The notes below the pieces were generated by a model that did no database searches, was not told where the DNA came from, and worked only from the letters and a program-made list of their open reading frames with translations. Both the position numbers and the translations under genes were made by a program. From Candidatus Krumholzibacteriia bacterium (lineage in GTDB: Bacteria > Krumholzibacteriota > Krumholzibacteriia > LZORAL124-64-63), in assembly GCA_046484865.1 (NCBI GenBank), contig JAWOID010000146.1:1-24046 (forward strand): DNA of 24,046 bases, written 5' to 3'. The stretch's first letter is position 1. The number at the start of each line of letters is the position of its first letter. This document shows positions 15,457 through 23,940 of the stretch, in pieces.

Positions 15457-16496
15457 GGATGACGGCGTGCGATCACCGTCACCGTACGGCCGAGGCCCGC
15501 TGCCGCGAGCCGGTCGTAGATGTCGGCGAGCAGGTCCGCCCGGCCTGCTTCGGTGAGAGTGGACTCGAGTCGCTTGCGGCGCGCATGCATCGCGGCGCCA
15601 CGTTCCTTGTCGTTGATGTAGTCGTCGCCCATCAGCAGGAACAGCTCCAGAGGGAAGCTGCCGGTGCGCTCGACGGGAGTGAAGCCGACACCGGCGAGCA
15701 ACCGCTCGAGTGACGGTCCGTCGAAGTAGTTGAGGTGCTCGGCCACGTTCACCCACCACGGCGCGTGCCCCAGCCGGTCCGCAGCGACGAGCTGCAGGGC
15801 GTTGAAGTCATTGGGCGCCGTGACCGCCAGCAGTCCGCCGGGCGGCACCACCGCGGCGGCCACGCTCACCAGCGCGACGGGATCGAGGACGTGTTCCAGG
15901 ACATTGTGCAGGTGCACCACGTCGCACTCCCCTACCCGCGCCGCCGTTGCCGTCGTGAAGAAATCTTCCACGATGACAAGACCCAGCGCGTCCCGCGCAT
16001 GCTGCGCCGCGGCGTGGCCGGGCTCCACGCCGACCACGTCCCAGCCGCGCTCGCGCCCCAGCGCCAGGAAGAGGCCCGGTCCCGACCCCACGTCGCAGAT
16101 CCGGCCCGGCGCCCCGCCGAGCAGGCGCTCGAGCCGTTCGTAGAGCGCCTGATGGGTGATTCTCCACCACTCGCGGTCGCGCTCGTGACTGGCGATGTAG
16201 CCGGCGTGCCGGTCCTCGTAGAACTCCCGGGCATAGAGCAGCTGCAATTCCTCGGGCGTCGGCAGCGGGTCCACGTGACGGAACCCGCAGGCGACGCAGT
16301 CGATGACGCGGCGCCCGTCGCGCTCGGCCAGGACGGGCCCCCGGTGAGCGCGCGCACCGGCACCGGCGGCGCTCCCGGCGGCGGCACCGGCGGCGTTCCC
16401 GGCGGCGCTCCCGGCGTCGGCACCGGCGGCGCTCCCGGTGTCGGCACTCGCTGCCGGGTCCGCGTCTTGCTTTCGGCTGCCCACCGGGCCGCTCAT
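15453..16496 (-). CDS. Class I SAM-dependent methyltransferase with N-terminal CxxC
   Basis: IDCVACGFRHVDPLP, ICDVGSGPG (motif I), GVEP, DVVHLHNVLEHVLDP, PGGLLAVTAPN and EHLNYF. SD AGGAGG. Confidence 0.9.
   Translation of the reverse strand: MSGPVGSRKQDADPAASADTGSAAGADAGSAAGNAAGAAAGSAAGAGARAHRGPVLAERDGRRVIDCVACGFRHVDPLPTPEELQLLYAREFYEDRHAGYIASHERDREWWRITHQALYERLERLLGGAPGRICDVGSGPGLFLALGRERGWDVVGVEPGHAAAQHARDALGLVIVEDFFTTATAARVGECDVVHLHNVLEHVLDPVALVSVAAAVVPPGGLLAVTAPNDFNALQLVAADRLGHAPWWVNVAEHLNYFDGPSLERLLAGVGFTPVERTGSFPLELFLLMGDDYINDKERGAAMHARRKRLESTLTEAGRADLLADIYDRLAAAGLGRTVTVIARRHP
16359..16454. repeat. Eight degenerate 12-bp tandem units inside the methyltransferase 5' end
   Basis: Units on the + strand: ggcaccggcggc, gctcccggcggc, ggcaccggcggc, gttcccggcggc, gctcccggcgtc, ggcaccggcggc, gctcccggtgtc, ggcactcgctgc. 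They encode AAGA/AAGS/AAGN/DAGS tetrapeptides on the minus strand. Confidence 0.85.
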
Positions 16497-16611
16497 CTGC
16501 GGGCCTCCTGGAGATCGGCTACGCTGGTCGGGCCGGATGGCACCGCCGTGCGATTCGTGAGCATCGATTAAACACGATCGCCGGGTTGTTCACAAGGAAT
16601 CGGGGAGTGAC

Positions 16612-17895
16612 GTGGGAAGGAATGGCCGGAACAGCGGCCGCTGCCGGGTCCTCTACGCGGGGGCGCATGGCATCCGCAACGCGGGCGACGAGCTGCCGCT
16701 GCTGCTGATGCGCGAACAGCTCGAGGCGCTGCATCCCGCGCGGGCGTTCACCCATCGTGCGCTCTCGCGCCACCCCGATCCCTGGGCCGAGGAACAGCTG
16801 AAGGTCCGCCACGTACCGAACCCCGAACACCCGAGCAGCGCGGAGGCGCGCGGGCGCTGGTTCCGGGGGTTGAATCCCGGCGACGACACGGCCCCGCTGC
16901 GCCGCTTGACCGCGGAGATCCGCGCGGCCGACCTGCTGGTCATCGGCGCGGGAAACGCCCTGACCGACCTGACCATCGACGTCCTGCGCGGACCCATCCC
17001 CCTGCTGGCCCTCTACGGCTTCCTGGCCCAGGTCCACGGGACCCCGGTGGCGCTGTACGGGATGAGCGTGGGTCCGCTGCGCACCCGCCATGGCCGCGAC
17101 CTCGCCGGGTGGCTGGCCCGCTCGGCCGCCGTGGTGACGGTGCGCGACCGCGAATCGGCCGAGCTGCTGCGGCAGCTGACCGACGAGCGCGTGCCGATCC
17201 ACCTGCTGCCCGACGCCACGCTCGCTGCCGAACCGGCGTCGGCACACCAGGCGCGGCGGGCCCTCGCCGACGAGGGCATCGACCCCGCGCCCGGCCCCTG
17301 GCTGGCGGTGGGCATGCGCGACCCGGCGCGGGTTCTCGGCCGGGAGGCGGGCGCCGCCGCCGATGCCGCCCTGGTGGCGACCCTCGATGCCTTCGCCGAC
17401 ACGCATCGGGTCCTCTTCGTCCCCCAGTCCACGTATGTCGAGGACGACGACCGCGCCCACGCGGCTCGCATCGCCGGCCGCACGCGGGCGCAATGCCACC
17501 AGGTGCGCGGACGGCACCACCCGCGCGTCCTGATGACGCTCTACGGCCTGGCGGATGCGACCCTGGCCGGTCGTCTGCACGCAGCCGTCTTCAGTGCGGC
17601 TGCAGGCACGCCCGCCGTGGCGCTTGGCTACTTGCCGAAGATGCGAGGCTTCTTCGAACTGCTCGGCCGTCCCGGCGACTGCCTGACGCCGGCCGACTGG
17701 TCGAACGGCGGGCTGACCGCGGCTTTGGGCCGCCTGCTAGCGGATCGCGCCGCGGCGGCCGCGGACGTCCGCGCGCGCGTGGCGGCCCTGCGCCTGCGCG
17801 CCTGCGACCACGCGCGGCTGGTGGCGACGCTCGTTGACCGGAATCCCGGCAGCGCCGGCAGGAAATCGCCCGGCGTGTCGCTCCACAGCCACTGA
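16612..17895 (+). CDS. Polysaccharide pyruvyl transferase family protein (CsaB/WcaK-like)
   Basis: GAHGIRNAGDE (GxxNxGDE), ADLLVIGAG, GMSVGP, VTVRDRES, PDAT and RLHAAVFSAAAGTP...GYLPK. GTG start with SD GGGGAG. Confidence 0.9.
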   Translation: MGRNGRNSGRCRVLYAGAHGIRNAGDELPLLLMREQLEALHPARAFTHRALSRHPDPWAEEQLKVRHVPNPEHPSSAEARGRWFRGLNPGDDTAPLRRLTAEIRAADLLVIGAGNALTDLTIDVLRGPIPLLALYGFLAQVHGTPVALYGMSVGPLRTRHGRDLAGWLARSAAVVTVRDRESAELLRQLTDERVPIHLLPDATLAAEPASAHQARRALADEGIDPAPGPWLAVGMRDPARVLGREAGAAADAALVATLDAFADTHRVLFVPQSTYVEDDDRAHAARIAGRTRAQCHQVRGRHHPRVLMTLYGLADATLAGRLHAAVFSAAAGTPAVALGYLPKMRGFFELLGRPGDCLTPADWSNGGLTAALGRLLADRAAAAADVRARVAALRLRACDHARLVATLVDRNPGSAGRKSPGVSLHSH

Positions 17896-17931
17896 GGCGG
17901 CCGCTGCCGCCCCACCGGACGGAGGACGTTC

Positions 17932-18681
17932 GTGCGCTTGCAGGACCGAGTGGCCGTGATCACCGGCGCCGGCCGCGGCATCGGCCGCGCCATCGCGCTG
18001 GCCTTCGCCCGCGAAGGCGCCGATCTGGTCGTGAACTACCGGGTGGATGCCGCGTCCGCCGAACGCACGGCCGGCGACATCCGCACTCTGGGCCGTCGCG
18101 CCCTCGTCCACCGCGCCGACGTCACCCGGCGCGACGAGGTGCGCACCCTCCTGTCCGCCGCCGCCGGTGAATTCGGACGCATCGACGTCCTCGTGAACAA
18201 CGCCGGCGTCAACGAGGTGGGCGTCTTCAGCGAGATCACGGACGAGGCCTGGGACCGGATCATGACCGTGAACCTGAAGGGACCGTTCATCTGCTGCCAG
18301 GAGGCCTTTCCCTACCTGGAGCGGTCGGGCAGCGGCCGCATCGTGAACATCGCCTCGGTGGCGGGACAGTACCACGGCCCCAAGACTGTCCATTACGCGG
18401 TCTCCAAGGCGGGACTGATCAGCCTCACCCGCGTGCTGGCGCGCTACGGGGCCCCCGCGAACATCCTCGTCAATGCGGTGGCTCCCGGCATCATCGAGAC
18501 CGATCTCACCCGCGACGAACTGCGCTCCGCAGGCGGCCGCGCGGTGGTGGAGATGACCCTGCTGAAGCGGCCGGGGCAGCTGGACGACGTGACCGCCGCC
18601 TGCGTCTTCCTGGCGTCCACCGAGCAGAGCTACGTGACCGGGCAGGTGCTCAGCGTGGCCGGCGGCGCGTACCTGGGGTGA
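17932..18681 (+). CDS. Classical SDR oxidoreductase (FabG-like)
   Basis: TGAGRGIG, DVLVNNAG, IVNIAS, catalytic YAVSK and VNAVAPG. GTG start with SD GGAGGA. Confidence 0.95.
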   Translation: MRLQDRVAVITGAGRGIGRAIALAFAREGADLVVNYRVDAASAERTAGDIRTLGRRALVHRADVTRRDEVRTLLSAAAGEFGRIDVLVNNAGVNEVGVFSEITDEAWDRIMTVNLKGPFICCQEAFPYLERSGSGRIVNIASVAGQYHGPKTVHYAVSKAGLISLTRVLARYGAPANILVNAVAPGIIETDLTRDELRSAGGRAVVEMTLLKRPGQLDDVTAACVFLASTEQSYVTGQVLSVAGGAYLG

Positions 18682-18727
18682 GCCTGGCCGGCGGGCTGCC
18701 GCCACCGCCAGGACCGGAGGAAGGGCC

Positions 18728-19414
18728 TTGCTGCACCATATCCGTCCTCACCGGATCTTCCGGTTGCACGAGACCGCCAGCTACGGCGAGCGGCTGGTGC
18801 AGCTGGTGCTGCCCGACGACCGCACGCCCCAGCTGCTGGAGACTGCGGTCCTGGTGTCGCTGGCGCGAGCGTGCGGCGTGCGCCGGTACTTCGAGTTCGG
18901 CTGCCTGCACGGCATCCAGACCCTGAACCTGGCGGCCAACCTCCCTGCCGGCGCGCGAGTCTTCACCCTCGATCTCGACGAGCCGGCATTCGCCGCGGCG
19001 CATCACGTGCCGGCCGATCGGGCCATCGCGGCGCGACGCCTGCGGGCGGCGTCGGCGCCGGCGTTCGTGGGCACCCGTTTCGAGGATCGCGTGACGACGC
19101 TGTTCGGCGACTCGAACCATTTCGACTTCGGGCCGTACGGCGGCAGCATGGACATGGTCTACGTGGACGGCGGTCATGATCTGCGCACGCTGGCGTCGGA
19201 CACGCGCAACGCGCTGGCCATGCTAGCCGACCGACCCCTGGCCTGCGTGGTCTGGCACGACTACGGCAATCCGGTCTACCCGCACCTGACCGATTTCCTG
19301 GACGCCGCGGCCGAGGACAGCGACCTGTACCACGTCGAGGAGACCATGCTCTGCATCTACCTGCACGATGCACCCGCGCGCATTCGCGACGCCCTGACGA
19401 GGAAGGCGGCATGA
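18728..19414 (+). CDS. Class I SAM-dependent methyltransferase (Methyltransf_24-like O-methyltransferase)
   Basis: YFEFGCLHG, VFTLDL, LFGDS, DMVYVDGGHD and VVWHDY. TTG start with SD GGAGG; the stop overlaps the next ATG. Confidence 0.87.
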   Translation: MLHHIRPHRIFRLHETASYGERLVQLVLPDDRTPQLLETAVLVSLARACGVRRYFEFGCLHGIQTLNLAANLPAGARVFTLDLDEPAFAAAHHVPADRAIAARRLRAASAPAFVGTRFEDRVTTLFGDSNHFDFGPYGGSMDMVYVDGGHDLRTLASDTRNALAMLADRPLACVVWHDYGNPVYPHLTDFLDAAAEDSDLYHVEETMLCIYLHDAPARIRDALTRKAA

Positions 19415-20730
19415 GCGCCCGACGCGGCCGCACGCTGCTGGTGCTCGGCGGCAGCCACGACCAGCTGTTCCTGATCCGGACCGCCCGCGCGCTGGGCGTG
19501 CGCACGCTCGTGGTGGACGGCAACCCCGCCGCGCCCGGGCTGCGCGAGGGAACGCTGGGCGAGCCGGTGAGCTTCGGCGACCTCCCGGCGCTCTTCGCCT
19601 GCGTCGACCGCAACCTGGCGGCCGGCGAACCACTGGCGGGCGTGCTGACGATGGGCAGCGACGTGCCGCACGTCATGGCGGCGGTGGCCGCGCGGTACGG
19701 CTGGGTGGGTCCCTCGATCGAGACCGGCGCGGTGGCCACCGACAAGCTGGCGATGAAGGAACGTTTCGCTGCCCAAGGGGTGCCGGTGCCGCGTTTCGCG
19801 CGCGTGGACGACGCCGGCGAGGCGCTCGAACGCTGGCGCGAGTGGGGTTGCGAGCGGGTCGTCGTCAAGCCCACCGACCGCGCCGGCAGCCGCGGCGTCA
19901 GCCTGGTCGAAGACCGATCGTTCCTCGCGCCGGCCCATGCCCATGCCCGCCGGTGCGGCCGCAGCGGCGTGGTCCTGCTGGAGGAGCATCTGCCCGGCCC
20001 GCAGATCAGCACCGAGACCCTGGTGCACGGCGGCCGCGCCGAGACGCCCGGGCTCGCCGACCGCCTGTACGAAGGCATGGAGATCTTCCATCCCCAGATC
20101 ATGGAGAACGGCGGCTGGATCCCGTCGCGCGTCGCGGGCACCCCGCTGGAAGCGCGGGTGAAGTCGCTGGTGGAAGCTGCCGCCGGGGCCCTGGGGGTGA
20201 GCGCGGGGATCGCCAAGGGCGACGTGGTGGTCCATCCGGACCGTGGCCCCGTGATGATCGAGATGGCCGCCCGCCTGAGCGGCGGCGACTTCAGCGAGGC
20301 TCTGGTGCCGCTCGGAACCGGCGTGAACTACGTGCGCGAGGCCGTGCGCGTGGCCCTCGGCGAGGCGCCGGACTGGGACGCCCTGCGTCCCCGCTGCCGT
20401 CGGGTGGTGGCCAATCGTTACTTCTTCCTGCCGCCGGGACGGCTGGAGCAGATCACCGGCCTGGAACCCTGCCGCGACCTGCCGGGCGTGGCCACGCTGG
20501 AGATCTTCTACCGGGCGGGCGACGAGGTGCCGCCGATTCGCAGCCACGGCGAGCGGGTGGGGCGCATGGTGGTGGCGGGCGGGTCGCGCGCCGCCGTCCA
20601 GGCCGTGGTGGACACGATCTACGAGGGCGTCGCGTTCCGGGTGGGCGGTCGCTGGACCACGGCGCGGCCGGCCGACGCGGTGCCGCCCGGAACCCTCGCG
20701 CACCCGGTGCCGGTGGTCCCGGGCGCGTGA
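19411..20730 (+). CDS. ATP-grasp domain ligase
   Basis: LLVLGG..DQL, TDKLAMKERF...GVPVP, VVKPTDRAGSRGV, LLEEHLPGPQISTE and IEMAARLSGG. Confidence 0.92.
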   Translation: MSARRGRTLLVLGGSHDQLFLIRTARALGVRTLVVDGNPAAPGLREGTLGEPVSFGDLPALFACVDRNLAAGEPLAGVLTMGSDVPHVMAAVAARYGWVGPSIETGAVATDKLAMKERFAAQGVPVPRFARVDDAGEALERWREWGCERVVVKPTDRAGSRGVSLVEDRSFLAPAHAHARRCGRSGVVLLEEHLPGPQISTETLVHGGRAETPGLADRLYEGMEIFHPQIMENGGWIPSRVAGTPLEARVKSLVEAAAGALGVSAGIAKGDVVVHPDRGPVMIEMAARLSGGDFSEALVPLGTGVNYVREAVRVALGEAPDWDALRPRCRRVVANRYFFLPPGRLEQITGLEPCRDLPGVATLEIFYRAGDEVPPIRSHGERVGRMVVAGGSRAAVQAVVDTIYEGVAFRVGGRWTTARPADAVPPGTLAHPVPVVPGA

Positions 20731-20912
20731 CCCCGCCGGTCGGATCTGCGGGATCGAGACGTACCATTCCGGCCGGCGAGGCGCGGATCGGCAGCGCGCT
20801 CGCCTCGACTGGCAGTTCCGGCCCGAGCGAGTACGATGTTTTCCACGCCGGCGCTGTTGCGTTCTGGCGGAGCCTCCTGATACGGTGCGCCGGGCGGGGG
20901 AATGCAAGGATC

Positions 20913-21677
20913 ATGACCTTGAGAACACGCTCGAGCGAGCCATGCGGGACCGGCGCGGCAGCGCGCGACGCGGTCCATGCGTCACCGGACATCCACTCCT
21001 CGACTGCGGAGTACGCCGCCCGGTTCGCCGGCGCCGCGGGCCGCTGGTTCCTGCGGGTGCAGGAGGATGCGACGCAGGCGGCGCTGGCCGGCATCGTCCC
21101 CGGCCGGGCGCTCGACGTGGGCGGCTGCCACGGACACAACCTCGCAGTCCTCTCCCGGTGCGGCCATTCGGTGACGGTGCTCGCCAGCGAGCCTGTCTGC
21201 TTCCGGAACCTCGCTCCGGGCGCCGCCACGTTCCGGGTCGGCAGCCTGATCCGGTTCCCGTTCCGGGACGCGGCCTTCGACGTGGTGCTGAGCTATCGCT
21301 TGCTGACGCACCTGGCGAGCTGGCGGGACCATGTGGCAGAACTGTGCCGCGTGAGCGAGCGCACGGTGATCGCGGAGTTTCCGGTGCGGACGGGGATCTA
21401 CGCGCTGGCGCCCCGGCTGTTCGCGGCCAAGAGGCGCATCGAGGGGAATACGCGGCCCTACGCGATGTTCCGCGAGACGGACGTGATCGCCGAGTTCGGG
21501 CGGCGCGGCTTCGTGCCGGTGGTGCGCCACGCGCAGTACTTCTGGCCCATGGCGCTGCACCGACTGCACGGGCGTCTGGCGGTCGGCGTGGCGCTGGAGG
21601 CGCTGCCGCGACGACTGGGGCTCTCGTCCCGGTTCGGCTCGCCCGTGATCCTCCGGTTCGACCGGAAGAGGCCGTGA
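20913..21677 (+). CDS. Class I SAM-dependent methyltransferase (Methyltransf_11-like)
   Basis: C-terminal part of track ORF 19842..21677. ATG at 20913 (exact start uncertain). DIHSSTAEYAARFAG, ALDVGGCHG and FPFRDAAFDVVLSYRLLTH...ELCRVS. Confidence 0.85.
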   Translation: MTLRTRSSEPCGTGAAARDAVHASPDIHSSTAEYAARFAGAAGRWFLRVQEDATQAALAGIVPGRALDVGGCHGHNLAVLSRCGHSVTVLASEPVCFRNLAPGAATFRVGSLIRFPFRDAAFDVVLSYRLLTHLASWRDHVAELCRVSERTVIAEFPVRTGIYALAPRLFAAKRRIEGNTRPYAMFRETDVIAEFGRRGFVPVVRHAQYFWPMALHRLHGRLAVGVALEALPRRLGLSSRFGSPVILRFDRKRP

Positions 21678-21678
21678 C

Positions 21679-22875
21679 ATGGCGCGCATCCTGTTCCTGG
21701 CCCCGCAGCCGTTCTACCAGGAACGCGGCACGCCGATCGCCGTCGACCTGGCCTTGCGCGTCCTCGCGGCCGAAGGTCACGAGGTCGACCTGTTGACGTA
21801 TGCCGAAGGAGACGCTCGGGAGTACCCGCGTCTGACCCATCGCCGCCTTCCCCGCGTGCCGGGCGTGGGCAAGGTGCCGCCCGGCTTCTCGTGGAAGAAG
21901 GCGATCTACTCTTCGCTCCTGATTCCCGCCGCCCTGCGGCTCGCACGCGGGCGCCGGTACGATCTGGTGCACGCCGTGGAGGAAGCCGTCTTCGTGGCCA
22001 TGTTGCTGAAACGCATCTACAGCCTGCCTTTCGTCTACGACATGGACTCCGCCCTGGCCCGCCAGCTCGTGGACAAGGCCCGCTGGCTGCGGCCGCTGTC
22101 GCCGGTGTTCCGCGCCGCGGAGCGCACAGCCATCCGGCAGGCGGTGGCGGTGATCGCGGTGTGCCCAGCCCTGGTCGCCCACGCGAACGCCTGCGGGGCG
22201 CAGCGTTCGGTGCTGCTGCAGGACGTGGCGCTGCTCGACGACCGGCCGCCGGGCCGCGAAGCGACCGATCTGCGGCAGGGGCTGGCGGCATCGGCCATGC
22301 TGATCCTCTACGTGGGGAACCTGGAACGCTACCAGGGCGTCGACCTGTTGCTGGAGGGGTTCGCGGCGGCCCGGCGCCGCGGTTCCGACGCGGCCCTGGC
22401 GGTGATCGGTGGAGTGCCCGCCGACGTGGAACGCTACCGGCGGCTCGCGTCGCAACTCGGCATCGGCCACGAGGTGCGGTTTCTCGGTCCGCGCCCGCTG
22501 GAGGATCTCGGAGCGTACCTGGCGCAGGCCGATGTCGTCGTCTCGCCGCGCACCCGCGGCAACAACACGCCGATGAAGGTCTACAGCTACCTGGCGAGCG
22601 GCAAGCCGCTGCTGGCCACGAAGATCGACAGCCACACGCAGGTGCTGGACGACGAGGTCGCCTGCCTGGTGACGCCCGACGCCGACGGCGTGGCGACCGG
22701 CATCGCGCGGCTGGCCGGGTCGCCCGACTTGCGGGCGCGTCTCGGCGAAGCCGGCGCCCGGCGGGCCGCCGAGAGACACACCTGGCCGGTGTTCCGGCGC
22801 ACCCTGGCGGACGCCTACGCCGGCATCCTGGGCGAGACGATTCCCGGTCGGGCGGAGCAGGGAGCGAGGTCATGA
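21679..22875 (+). CDS. Glycosyltransferase family 4 (GT-B)
   Basis: RILFLAPQPFYQERGTP, GHEVDLLT, YDLVHAVEE, LYVGNLERYQGVDLLL and ADVVVSPR...PMKVYSYLASGKPLLAT. Confidence 0.93.
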   Translation: MARILFLAPQPFYQERGTPIAVDLALRVLAAEGHEVDLLTYAEGDAREYPRLTHRRLPRVPGVGKVPPGFSWKKAIYSSLLIPAALRLARGRRYDLVHAVEEAVFVAMLLKRIYSLPFVYDMDSALARQLVDKARWLRPLSPVFRAAERTAIRQAVAVIAVCPALVAHANACGAQRSVLLQDVALLDDRPPGREATDLRQGLAASAMLILYVGNLERYQGVDLLLEGFAAARRRGSDAALAVIGGVPADVERYRRLASQLGIGHEVRFLGPRPLEDLGAYLAQADVVVSPRTRGNNTPMKVYSYLASGKPLLATKIDSHTQVLDDEVACLVTPDADGVATGIARLAGSPDLRARLGEAGARRAAERHTWPVFRRTLADAYAGILGETIPGRAEQGARS

Positions 22876-23858
22876 CGAACGTCCTGGTCACCGGAGGCAC
22901 GGGTTTCACGGGCCGGGCGCTGGTCGAGCGCCTGCTCGACCTGGGGCACCGCGTCACCGCGCTGGACCGCAAGGAGGGCATCGGCACCCAGGAGCTTCGC
23001 GACCGCGGCGCCACGGTGGTGATCGGTTCGGTGACTGACCGCAGCCTGCTCAGGTCCTGCCTGGAGGGCGTGGAGGTGGTCCACCACCTGGCGGCGGCAT
23101 TCCGCGAGCTGAACGTGCCGGCGAGCCACTACGACGAGGTGAACGTCGGCGGCACCCGGGCCGTGCTCGAGGAGGCCGTCCGGGCCGGAGTGCAACGGTT
23201 CGTCTACTGCAGCACCTGCGGCGTGCACGGCAACGTCACCGATCCGCCTGCCGACGAGAACGCGCCGATCGCGCCGGCGGACTACTACCAGCGCACCAAG
23301 TACCTGGCGGAGCCGGTGGTCCTCGAGTTCCACCGCCAGGGCCTGCCCTCGGTGATCCTCCGCCCCGCCGCCATCTACGGCCCGGGCGATCCGGAACGCT
23401 TCTGGATGATCTTCAAGCGGGTGAAGAAAGGCGTCTTCCCCATGTTCGGCGACGGTAAGACCCTGTACCACCCGCTCTACGTCGACAATCTGGTCGACGC
23501 CCTGGTGCTGGTCATGGAACCCGGTCGCGGGGACGGCGAGGCTTACCTGATCGCGGACGAGGAGTACGTGGAGATCGAGTCGCTGGTGCGGCGCGTGGCC
23601 GCGGCGATGGAGACGGAGGTCAAGATTCCGCACCTGCCCACCTGGCCGGTCGTCGCCGCGGGGCACGTCTGCGAGACGGTCTGCAAGCCGCTCGGGGTGG
23701 CGCCGCCGATCTTTCCGCGGCGCGTCGACTGGTTCCGGCAGAACCGCGCCTTCGACATCGGCAAGGCCAGGCGCGAACTCGGCTACGAGCCGCGGGTGGG
23801 GCTGGACGAGGGCCTGCGCCGGACCGCCCGCTGGTACCGCGCCGAGGGCTACCTGTAA
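22872..23858 (+). CDS. NAD-dependent epimerase/dehydratase family protein (extended SDR)
   Basis: ATG at 22872 (ATGA overlap, SD GAGGT). VLVTGGTGFTG, VHHLAA, VNVGGT, FVYCST, YQRTK (YxxxK), LRPAAIYGPGD and KARRELGYEP. Confidence 0.94.
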   Translation: MTNVLVTGGTGFTGRALVERLLDLGHRVTALDRKEGIGTQELRDRGATVVIGSVTDRSLLRSCLEGVEVVHHLAAAFRELNVPASHYDEVNVGGTRAVLEEAVRAGVQRFVYCSTCGVHGNVTDPPADENAPIAPADYYQRTKYLAEPVVLEFHRQGLPSVILRPAAIYGPGDPERFWMIFKRVKKGVFPMFGDGKTLYHPLYVDNLVDALVLVMEPGRGDGEAYLIADEEYVEIESLVRRVAAAMETEVKIPHLPTWPVVAAGHVCETVCKPLGVAPPIFPRRVDWFRQNRAFDIGKARRELGYEPRVGLDEGLRRTARWYRAEGYL

Positions 23859-23878
23859 GTTATTCCACGAAGAATGTT

Positions 23879-23897
23879 TCCGGCCCCGGTCCTGCAA
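23879..23897 (+). promoter_or_regulatory. Putative sigma-54 (-24/-12) promoter for a downstream gene that appears truncated
   Basis: tccGGccccggtcctGCaa has GG at 23882-83, a 10-nt spacer and TGCA at -12. It has the same TCCGGCC head as the site at 12051. Confidence 0.3.
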
Positions 23898-23940
23898 TCC
23901 GGCGGGCATGGACACCCATGAACTCGACCATCCCCGCTAG

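Noticed and set aside
16359..16454. Possible CRISPR-like array
   Set aside because: The units are contiguous 12-mers without unique spacers, lie within a coding frame, and no cas genes are present.
16538..16551. TGGCAC...TGC sigma-54-like site in the divergent intergenic region
   Set aside because: The spacer between GG and GC is 9 nt rather than the strictly required 10.
3138..23915. Many long overlapping ORFs (e.g. 3138..4895, 3151..4530, 5540..7249, 8424..11138, 13729..14925, 19357..20907, 20911..22779, 22815..23915)
   Set aside because: These are Arg/Gly/Pro-rich or antisense shadow frames expected in very high-GC DNA with few stop codons. They have no recognisable motifs and each overlaps a well-supported gene.
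23860..23940. Continuation of the transposase frame (LAGMVEFMGVHARRIAGPGPETFFVE*) as its true C-terminus
   Set aside because: It lacks the remaining catalytic region expected in IS1595 transposases and appears to be read-through into unrelated sequence.
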